In this document: positions 6,914 through 13,050 of the stretch, one piece after another
How the letters are laid out: every line of letters starts with the position of its first letter
Position numbering within the stretch: the stretch's first letter is position 1
Origin: a virus
Length of the DNA stretch: 44,270 bases
Virus record (IMG/VR): IMGVR_UViG_3300045988_131882
Direction: 5' to 3' (one strand)
Notes under the pieces: model-generated
Databases searched by the model: none
Told to the model about the DNA's origin: nothing
The model's input: the letters and a program-made list of their open reading frames with translations, nothing else
Position numbers and translations under genes: made by a program

Positions 6914-7111
6914 TCAGTCGTTGATGCAGAGCATATAGCCGCGCTTTGCACAGATGATAGCGAGGCGGGCATAGTTCATATAGTGTCGGACTGCATCGGG
7001 CTTACTTGTGGTTGCGTACTCGTTTGAAAGCCTTTGCAGGTTGCGGCGCTGCTGCGCAAGCTCTTTTTGAGCGCTGCGCGGGGTTAGCTTGAAGGTTGTG
7101 TATTGGGTCAT
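6914..7111 (-). CDS. Hypothetical small protein upstream of the methyltransferase
   Basis: 65-aa ORF with AAGGAG upstream: MTQYTTFKLTPRSAQKELAQQRRNLQRLSNEY... Same strand as the methyltransferase, 85 nt upstream of it. Confidence 0.6.
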   Translation of the reverse strand: MTQYTTFKLTPRSAQKELAQQRRNLQRLSNEYATTSKPDAVRHYMNYARLAIICAKRGYMLCIND

Positions 7112-7160
7112 GGTTGTTTGCTCCTTTCGGTGCTGTGGTTTTGATTTGTCTATATGATAC

Positions 7161-7258
7161 TACGGTTAACCGTATATGTCTATTGGCGTTTTGCATAATG
7201 TTTACCGTATATTTTGGGCGCTTTTCTACTGTAAACCGTATTGCCGTTGTGTTACAAT
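7161..7258. promoter_or_regulatory. Divergent control region: 14-bp palindrome plus two half-site copies and an extended -10 promoter
   Basis: TACGGTTAACCGTA is a perfect palindrome at 7161-7174. ACCGTAT half-sites lie at 7204-7210 and 7235-7241. TGtTACAAT is at 7250-7258, upstream of the RHH gene. Confidence 0.6.
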
Positions 7259-7284
7259 AGGAATGCAAGAAAGGGGGCTATATT

Positions 7285-7464
7285 GTGGCCGTTTCTGAAA
7301 GTCAAAAAAAAGCGTCTGCGAAATGGGATAAAAACCATGCGGCAACACTTGCTTGTAAGGTGCCAAAGGAAAAAGCGGAAGCGTTCCGGGATTATTGTGC
7401 TGATCAGGGGAAAAGTGTCCACGCGGTTTTGCTGGAGTATGTCAACCACTGCTTAGAGCGGTGA
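7285..7464 (+). CDS. Ribbon-helix-helix (Arc/CopG-like) DNA-binding protein, GTG start
   Basis: Hand translation: (M)AVSESQKKASAKWDKNHAATLACKVPKEKAEAFRDYCADQGKSVHAVLLEYVNHCLER. AAGGGGG lies 7 nt upstream of the GTG. It replaces the implausible track ORF 7241..7456 and resembles the protein at 8264..8464. Confidence 0.65.
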   Translation: MAVSESQKKASAKWDKNHAATLACKVPKEKAEAFRDYCADQGKSVHAVLLEYVNHCLER

Positions 7465-7526
7465 CGGCTCCCGCGACCTTGCCCGGCTGGCTGCCGGGTG
7501 GTTTCGACCCTTGCCGGGGGTCATCA

Positions 7527-8060
7527 TCAGGCGGGAATTGTTTCGCGGCTGCGGGTCTGGTAGCTGGTGCCGTTGTACTTCTGGTAGATTTCTTCATAGG
7601 ATGCGCGGCGGTTGCGGCGGCTGCTGTCGCCTGCCGGATGCCAGTAGTACTTGCAGCGGTTAGCAGACCAGCGGAAACCGAGCTTTTCGAGGGTGTGCAA
7701 CCACTTGTGGCTGCTGTCGGCCCAAATCCAGGAGCCGACGACGTCGAACCTCAAGCCCGGGCATTTGGCGAGTTCTTCGGCCATCTTGGCGGCCTCTGCA
7801 TCCTGTGCGGCCTTGGCGGCATCCTCTGCCGCTTTGGTCTGCTCGTACTGCTGGCGGCCTTGCTTAGCCTGCTCGCTGCAGAAGCGGGGCAGCGTGGGCT
7901 TGAGTTCGTCCCACTCGGCGTTGATTTCCTGCATGTCGGAGACGCTGCCGCCGTGGTCGGGGTGGTGCTTGGTGGCCAGGTCTCTGTACATTACTGTTCC
8001 TTCGGTGATGGTGCTGGGGCGGGGGTTGAACCATTTGTAGGGTTTATATGTGGTAGTCAT
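7527..8060 (-). CDS. J-domain-like (HPD motif) protein
   Basis: MTTTYKPYKWFNPRPSTITEGTVMYRDLATKHHPDHGGSVSDMQEINAEWDEL contains the HPD tripeptide and helix II/III-like context. AGGAGG lies upstream of the ATG at 8058-8060 rc (the track starts at 8117). Confidence 0.65.
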   Translation of the reverse strand: MTTTYKPYKWFNPRPSTITEGTVMYRDLATKHHPDHGGSVSDMQEINAEWDELKPTLPRFCSEQAKQGRQQYEQTKAAEDAAKAAQDAEAAKMAEELAKCPGLRFDVVGSWIWADSSHKWLHTLEKLGFRWSANRCKYYWHPAGDSSRRNRRASYEEIYQKYNGTSYQTRSRETIPA

Positions 8061-8114
8061 TTTGTAGGCCTCCTGTTTGGTGTGGGGTTGTTTGCTTTCT
8101 ATGTCTGTATTATA

Positions 8115-8233
8115 CATGCTAGCATGAACAATGTCAACATGCTATCATGAAGATTGGAGAAATACACAATAATGCTAGCATGAATCTGTGCAATTTGTAC
8201 ATGCTTGCATGATTCAGCGCTCTGTGCTATAAT
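8115..8233. promoter_or_regulatory. Four copies of a 12-bp palindromic operator plus a sigma-70-type promoter
   Basis: CATGCTAGCATG at 8115-8126, CATGCTATCATG at 8138-8149, AATGCTAGCATG at 8171-8182, CATGCTTGCATG at 8200-8211. TTGCAT (8205-8210), a 17-nt spacer and TATAAT (8228-8233) follow. The fourth operator overlaps the -35. Confidence 0.75.
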
Positions 8234-8263
8234 GTGGGTACTATACAAAAGGAGGTGCGCAAA

Positions 8264-8464
8264 ATGTCGACCGATGCAAAACGGGCCGGAAATGCGCGAT
8301 ACTTGGCAAAGCTGAAAACTATTACAGTAAGGATGCAGCCAGATACAGCGGAAACCATCCAGCAGGCAGCAGCGGCAGCAGGGGAAAGCGTGAACGGCTA
8401 TATTCTGGCGGCGGTAGATGCGAGATTGCAGCGAGAAAACCACGGTAAGCCGCAAAACACTTGA
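8264..8464 (+). CDS. Ribbon-helix-helix (Arc/CopG-like) DNA-binding protein
   Basis: MSTDAKRAGNARYLAKLKTITVRMQPDTAETIQQAAAAAGESVNGYILAAVDARLQRE. AAGGAGGTG lies upstream of the ATG at 8264. It sits directly downstream of the operator array. Confidence 0.7.
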   Translation: MSTDAKRAGNARYLAKLKTITVRMQPDTAETIQQAAAAAGESVNGYILAAVDARLQRENHGKPQNT

Positions 8465-8489
8465 CAAAATCGCACCTAGGGTGTAAAAT
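8461..8489 (+). promoter_or_regulatory. Consensus-like promoter upstream of the packaging and late genes
   Basis: TTGACA (8461-8466), a 17-nt spacer and TAAAAT (8484-8489). A second TATAAT lies at 8493-8498. A roughly 56-nt imperfect hairpin follows (TATAATGAG 8493-8501 pairs with CTCATTATA 8540-8548). Confidence 0.55.
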
Positions 8490-8585
8490 GTGTATAATGA
8501 GCGAACCCGCGAGGAAGCGAGCTCCCGCGGCGGGGCTCACTCATTATACAGTTTTAACGGTTTAACGCAAAAAATCAGGTTTCAG

Positions 8586-8616
8586 GCGTCCAGCTTTACG
8601 GCTGGGCGCTTTTTTT
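8586..8616 (+). terminator. Rho-independent terminator between the promoter and terS
   Basis: GCGTCCAGC (8586-8594), a 6-nt loop, GCTGGGCGC (8601-8609), then T7 (8610-8616). Confidence 0.8.
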
Positions 8617-8643
8617 GTGCGAAAAATCAGGGAGGGCGGCAAC

Positions 8644-9198
8644 ATGGCAGAAAAAAAGGCGGCGGAGGCCGTCCAGCAGATGAGCAAGGCAGAACGCGGA
8701 GCGATTCGAGCAAAAGAGCAAGCAGAGCGCGGGGAACTGATTAGCAAAACAGGCAGGCGAATGAATCCGGCAAGCATTGCCAACCTGCAGCCGAGAACGC
8801 TAGACCAGCAACCAGCAGAGCGAAAAAGAGAGATACAAAGCGCGGGAGCAAAAGCAAGCAACGAGCTACAAGCAAAGCGCCGTACTATTAGGGATATATA
8901 TAACGACCTGTTGAAGCAGCCTGACGACATCAGCAGCTTAGAAGATCAGGACCTAGCAGAGAGAGCCCAAAAGATGGCCCAACAGAGAGGCGAACCTCTG
9001 ACGGTATACGACAGCATCGCAATAGCGATGGCCGCCAAGGCGAAGGCAGGAGACGTCAAAGCGGCGGTATTTGTGCGGGATTCTGCGGGGGATAAACCTG
9101 CCGATGCCGTGGAAATCACAGCCGAGACGATGACCGACGCGGATAGAAAAATGTTGCAGAACATCCAGAAGAGAATGCAAAAGGACGATGCAACGTAA
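8644..9198 (+). CDS. terS: Putative terminase small subunit
   Basis: 184 aa. GGAGGG lies 7 nt upstream of the ATG at 8644. The N-terminal half is basic and helical; KAGDVKAAVFVRDSAGDKP is typical of small terminases I recall. It lies upstream of terL. The assignment rests on position and motif only. Confidence 0.5.
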   Translation: MAEKKAAEAVQQMSKAERGAIRAKEQAERGELISKTGRRMNPASIANLQPRTLDQQPAERKREIQSAGAKASNELQAKRRTIRDIYNDLLKQPDDISSLEDQDLAERAQKMAQQRGEPLTVYDSIAIAMAAKAKAGDVKAAVFVRDSAGDKPADAVEITAETMTDADRKMLQNIQKRMQKDDAT

Positions 9199-9339
9199 AA
9201 TGGATGTTCGCTAAATAAGTATTTAGCGAAATAGGCGGCTTTCCCGGCATGGGGACAGCTGGCAACGGATAGCAGAAAAGCGGAAAGCCTGCTGCTGGCT
9301 GCATCAAGGAAGGGGCGGGGGTCTATTTTTTTTTGTGGC

Positions 9340-9741
9340 AAATTCCGAGCCGGGAGGGCGGCAGGGTAGGGGGTGGGGGTATCCCCCCTATGAGGGCGGC
9401 CCGGGGGTGTACGAAGAGCGCAGGCCAGTACGAATATGTCCGTTCCCCCAGCGCATTCAAAAATAAAATTCACACCTTCGTGCCCGGCTATGGTACAAAT
9501 TTCCATGTAAAATACAAGAAAACGCGGGATTGTATCACAAGCAGGAAACAAGAGTACATATCCCCCCTATGAGGGGACTATATCCTGGATAGCAAAGGTT
9601 CCCTGGAAAAATAAAATTTTGAAATTTTGAGTTTTATGGTGTGGGAGATAGTATTTTTTATTGTTTATGGGATGAGGGCCGTCCGCTTCAAGACCCAGCG
9701 GCCAAATACAAAGCGTTCTGCGAAAAGCAGGGCGCTTTTTT
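9340..9741 (+). ncRNA. Candidate structured non-coding RNA(s) ending at an intrinsic terminator; boundaries uncertain
   Basis: No credible ORF. A 17-nt motif is duplicated (TATCCCCCCTATGAGGG at 9380-9396 and 9559-9575), as is a 12-nt motif (AAAAATAAAATT at 9459-9470 and 9607-9618). AGCCGGG (9348-9354) is complementary to CCCGGCT (9483-9489). There are G-run/C-run hairpins and a terminator at 9713-9741. Confidence 0.35.
9713..9741 (+). terminator. Rho-independent terminator not preceded by any gene
   Basis: GCGTTCTGC (9713-9721), loop GAAAA, GCAGGGCGC (9727-9735), then T6 (9736-9741). Confidence 0.8.
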
Positions 9742-9926
9742 ATATGCTGCATAGCTGACCATTTTGGTGACGTTACCAAGATGGTATGAGCGCTGCGTTC
9801 CGCAAGCAACGGCGCGGCAAAGGTGCAAGACCTATGTGCAGTACCAACGCCGAGGATACAGGTAACAAGGCAGCATGGCCGGACGTGGCAAGCGCGTTCC
9901 CCATTAGGCGACACCTGTTAGGCGAC

Positions 9927-9967
9927 CCCCGCAAGCCTACTAACAGTGCGCAACCTGCGGGGTTTTT
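9927..9967 (+). terminator. Terminator-like hairpin with a large loop and U tail, directly upstream of the tRNA-like element
   Basis: CCCCGCA (9927-9933) pairs with TGCGGGG (9956-9962), followed by TTTTT (9963-9967). The 22-nt loop takes part in an alternative helix (CACCTGTTAG 9912-9921 with CTAACAGTG 9940-9948). Confidence 0.5.
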
Positions 9968-9971
9968 ATAT

Positions 9972-10029
9972 GCCCTTGTAGCTCAATGGCAAGAGCCTTG
10001 GTGTGCCGGTTCAAGTCCGGCTAAGGGCA
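9972..10029 (+). ncRNA. tRNA-shaped element with acceptor stem, D arm and T arm but no anticodon arm (58 nt)
   Basis: GCCCTTG-TA-GCTC-AATGGCAA-GAGC-cttggtgt-GCCGG-TTCAAGT-CCGGC-TAAGGGC-A. The acceptor stem is 7 bp (one G-U). The D loop has GG and the T loop has TTCAAGT. Only 8 nt stand where about 22 nt (anticodon arm plus variable loop) should be. Confidence 0.6.
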
Positions 10030-10382
10030 AAGGCGGGGTCGCTCCCCTCCGTAAAGCCGGACGGAATACAGACCGATAGCACTGGGGCGCATCGGAGAGC
10101 AACGATGGCAAGCCGCTCAGGAGCGCGGCGCGATGGCAGGTCGCAACGGGACTTCGAGAGCCTGAAAAAATCTGCCCGGCATCTGCTTGTGCGGACTCCG
10201 TTACTGACGCAGTTACGCATCGCCGGAACCCATAATATTAAAGCAGAGAACGCGAATCCGCACGCGGGGATAAATGCAGCGGATGAAAAAAGCGCTGCAG
10301 ACTTGCTATCTGCAACGGGTGAGACCGGCACAGCATAAACCGGTAGGGCGGGAAAGGGGAATTTGCAGAAGAAGGTGATAGG

Positions 10383-11873
10383 TTGACACTGGAAGAAGCG
10401 CGGGAATTGGAGCGCGAGGCGTGTAGAAAAGACCCGGTGTATTTTTGTGAAACCTATTGCCATATTGAGGACAAGGACGCGGCAGAGCTGATACAGCCGT
10501 TCACATTATGGGAAGGGCAGAGGAAGGCCATCCGCGTGTTTGCCGCGAACCGGCTTGTGTGCGTGCTGAAAGCGCGACAGCTGGGCTTTACATGGCTTGC
10601 GCTGGTTGAGGTGGCAAGGCTGGTTGCCTTGAACACAGGCCGCACTGCGATTGGCCTAAGCCGGTCGGAGGACGAGGCAAAGGAGCTTGTGCGCCGCCTG
10701 GCGGTGATACTGCGGTATATGCCGGAGTTTATCCGCGAGGTAGACACACCGGGCGGCAGTATCCAGGGGTGGACAGGGCCGGTGTTCTACAAAAGCACGA
10801 TGCAGGTAGTTGTGATGTGGCCGGATGGGCCGGAAAGTATGTTCAAAGCGTTCCCATCCAGCCCGGCGGCAGGCCGTTCGTTTACTGCTGACTTGATCGT
10901 GATAGATGAATGGGCGTTCCAGCAGTACGCAGAGGAGATTTGGCAGGCGGCATACCCGGTTATCAACCGACCGTTTGGCGGGCGGGTCATTGGCTTGTCT
11001 ACTATCAAGCTGGGAACGCTGTTTGAGGAAATTTACACAAACCCCGGCAACGGCTTTACCAAGCTGTTTTTGCCATGGTCAACTGACCCGCGCCGTAGTG
11101 AGAAGTGGTACGCACAGACAGTCGCTGCGCTGGGCGAAGATAAAACGATGCAGGAGTACCCTGCGACAGAGGAAGAAGCGCTCTCCGCACCAGGAGGGCG
11201 CTTTTTTAGTGAGCTTGATAAAGATACCCACTTGGTCGATGCACCGCCAACAGGGCCGCTTAGACGCTATGTGGCGATTGACTACGGCCTTGATATGCTG
11301 GCGGCTATCTGGATCGCCGTTGACCCGAACAACCATGCAACGGTGTACCGGGTGGACGGCGGGCCAAACAAGACGATAGGCGAGGCAGCAGACCTGATTT
11401 TGCGAGATTCCGAGGGCGAGGAAATTGATATGTATCTTGCACCGCCTGATTTGTGGAACCGCAGCCAGGAGAGCGGCAAGAGCCGTGCACAGCTGTTCAG
11501 CGAAGCGCATCTGCCGCTGGTGCAAAGTTCCCGCGATTTCCCTGCCGGGTGTGCGGCCATGAAACAATGGCTGCGCAAGGACGAGAAAACAGGGAAGGGG
11601 TATCTGACGTTCTACAAGCCGGGCGAGTTGTGGACGTGCCTGACGAAAATACAGAAGGATGATAAAAACCCTGATGTGTATGCGAAGAACCCGCACGGAT
11701 TGACGCATTTCCCGGATGCGTTACGCTATTTTTGCGTTTGGTGGACAAGCCCGGCGAAAAAGCCGGTGAATATTAAAAAGCGGCATTGGACGGCAGATAT
11801 GTACGAGGACTACAAGAACGCAAGCCCGAGTGACCGCAAAATGCTGATTGAGAAATGGGGGAGCCCTGCATGA
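10383..11873 (+). CDS. terL: Terminase large subunit
   Basis: 496 aa. ATPase motifs: VLKARQLGFTWLAL (Walker A-like) and DLIVIDEWAF (Walker B). A C-terminal nuclease-type region is present. TTG start with GAAGGTGA upstream. Confidence 0.88.
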   Translation: MTLEEARELEREACRKDPVYFCETYCHIEDKDAAELIQPFTLWEGQRKAIRVFAANRLVCVLKARQLGFTWLALVEVARLVALNTGRTAIGLSRSEDEAKELVRRLAVILRYMPEFIREVDTPGGSIQGWTGPVFYKSTMQVVVMWPDGPESMFKAFPSSPAAGRSFTADLIVIDEWAFQQYAEEIWQAAYPVINRPFGGRVIGLSTIKLGTLFEEIYTNPGNGFTKLFLPWSTDPRRSEKWYAQTVAALGEDKTMQEYPATEEEALSAPGGRFFSELDKDTHLVDAPPTGPLRRYVAIDYGLDMLAAIWIAVDPNNHATVYRVDGGPNKTIGEAADLILRDSEGEEIDMYLAPPDLWNRSQESGKSRAQLFSEAHLPLVQSSRDFPAGCAAMKQWLRKDEKTGKGYLTFYKPGELWTCLTKIQKDDKNPDVYAKNPHGLTHFPDALRYFCVWWTSPAKKPVNIKKRHWTADMYEDYKNASPSDRKMLIEKWGSPA

Positions 11874-12049
11874 GATGCCAGACCTGCGGCATAGAGTGCC
11901 GCACCGATTCCGAGCACGAAGTGCTGAAATTCATTTGCCGGAACAAGCAGTGCCCTGATTTTGGGCACGTAAGGGGGGAGAAAGCCCCCGACGTTGCGGT
12001 GATGCGGGTAAATTACCCTGTGGGAGCACAAGGAGAAGCGGGGAAATAG
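11870..12049 (+). CDS. Small zinc-ribbon protein
   Basis: The ATG overlaps the terL stop (ATGA). MRCQTCGIECRTDSEHEVLKFICRNKQCPDFGHV has a CxxC...CxxxxC pattern. GGGGGAG lies 6 nt upstream. Confidence 0.6.
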   Translation: MRCQTCGIECRTDSEHEVLKFICRNKQCPDFGHVRGEKAPDVAVMRVNYPVGAQGEAGK

Positions 12050-12080
12050 CGACACACTGCGGGCGTAGCCCCACAGGGGA

Positions 12081-12119
12081 AGGCAGGAGCGGGGCGTCGA
12101 GGACGCCGCCCCCTACAAC
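12081..12119 (+). repeat. 39-nt hairpin repeat, copy 1 (38/39 identical to 30244-30282)
   Basis: AGGCAgGAGCGGGGCGTCGAGGACGCCGCCCCCTACAAC. It contains the hairpin GGGGCGTC-gag-GACGCC(g)CCCC and lies 12 nt upstream of a terminator. Confidence 0.9.
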
Positions 12120-12131
12120 TACGATAGAAGA

Positions 12132-12163
12132 AGCGCTTACCAGAGATGGTAGGCGCTTTTTTT
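12132..12163 (+). terminator. Rho-independent terminator
   Basis: AGCGCTTACC-agagat-GGTAGGCGCT followed by T7 (12157-12163). Confidence 0.8.
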
Positions 12164-12205
12164 ATACAAATTTTTAGCCGGCGGGCGTTGTACGCGGAGG
12201 AACCT

Positions 12206-13027
12206 ATGGACGAGTTTGAAAACGGCGTGACCGCTGGCGTAGCCGACCAGATCGAGAACACCCCGGAAGAAAACGTGGAAACTGTTGAAAACGTGGAAAC
12301 AGATGTGGAAAGTACGGAAACTGCCCCCGCGCAGGAACCGGAAATCCCCAACAATGTATGGGCCATTGCCCGCCAGCGCAGCGAGCGAGAGGCACAGCAG
12401 CGCGTAGACCGACAGTTTGCACAGCGCTTTGCCGGGTACAAGAACCCCGAGACCGGCGCGGCTATCCATACGATGCAGGATTACTTTGACGCGATGGATG
12501 CCCAGAACCGCATTGCCAGACAGAAAGCCATTGAACAGGCTACGGCCAACCAGACGGCAGAACAGCGTGCCGCATTGCAGCGCATCATTGACAACGACCC
12601 AGAGAAAGCACAGCTGAAAGCCGAGATGGAGGAGCTGAAAGCCGCAAGGGTCAACGATGAGGCGCAGGCGGCGTTCAACGCTGATTTTGCCGAACTGCAA
12701 AAGCTGGAACCGGGCCTGAAAAGTGTTGCTGACCTTGCCAACATGGAGAATTTTGGCGAGATCGTGAACCTGGTGCAGAACAATGGCCTGGATATGGTGA
12801 CGGCCTACAAGGCGGTCAACTATGGCAAGGCCGTACAGAGCGGCACAGCGGCAGGGCGACAAGCAGCTATCAACGCGGCACGCGGCAAAGGGCATCTGGC
12901 GTCCCACGGAGGAGCCAATATGCCGGGCAAGGAAAAGACCATGAGCAGCGGGATGCTTGCGAAAGCACGTGAGTATTTCCCGGACAAGAGCGAAGAGGAG
13001 CTACAGAAGCTCTACAACTCAATTTGA
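12206..13027 (+). CDS. Putative scaffolding protein
   Basis: 273 aa, acidic N-terminus and long helical Ala/Gln/Glu-rich sequence (MDEFENGVTAGVADQIENTPEENVETVENVETDVEST...). It lies immediately upstream of the capsid gene. GGAGGA lies upstream of the ATG at 12206. Confidence 0.65.
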   Translation: MDEFENGVTAGVADQIENTPEENVETVENVETDVESTETAPAQEPEIPNNVWAIARQRSEREAQQRVDRQFAQRFAGYKNPETGAAIHTMQDYFDAMDAQNRIARQKAIEQATANQTAEQRAALQRIIDNDPEKAQLKAEMEELKAARVNDEAQAAFNADFAELQKLEPGLKSVADLANMENFGEIVNLVQNNGLDMVTAYKAVNYGKAVQSGTAAGRQAAINAARGKGHLASHGGANMPGKEKTMSSGMLAKAREYFPDKSEEELQKLYNSI

Positions 13028-13050
13028 TTTTTGTGTAAAGGAGACTGACT

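Noticed and set aside
7241-7456. 71-aa track ORF MPLCYNRNARKGAILWPFLKVKKKRLRNG...
   Set aside because: A different frame with a GTG start (7285-7464), preceded by AAGGGGG, gives a clean RHH-like protein that is paralogous to 8264-8464. The track ORF is Lys/Arg/Cys-rich and has no SD.
8490-8744. 84-aa track ORF spanning the terS leader.
   Set aside because: It runs through the leader hairpin and terminator, is Gly/Arg-rich and is out of frame with terS. terS has its own strong SD and ATG at 8644.
9326-9334. A T9 run that might mark the terS terminator.
   Set aside because: I found no stable GC-rich hairpin immediately upstream. The nearby perfect hairpin (about 9208-9231) has no U tail. I left it uncalled as a terminator.
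9333-10463. Track ORFs in the terS-terL gap: 9333-9572, 9567-9914, 9786-10079, 10003-10338 and 10011-10463.
   Set aside because: They overlap each other on both strands and are Arg/Pro/Gly/Cys-rich. All but one lack SD sequences. The exception is the sub-ORF starting at the ATG at 10104 (GGAGAG 5 nt upstream, 78 aa, MASRSGARRDGRSQRDFESLKK...). It remains a weak possibility, but I did not call it.
12146-12205. Upstream extension of the scaffold ORF (the track start at 12146).
   Set aside because: The extension begins inside the terminator (12132-12163) and reads through its T run. The ATG at 12206 has a GGAGGA SD and begins the acidic N-terminus typical of scaffold proteins.
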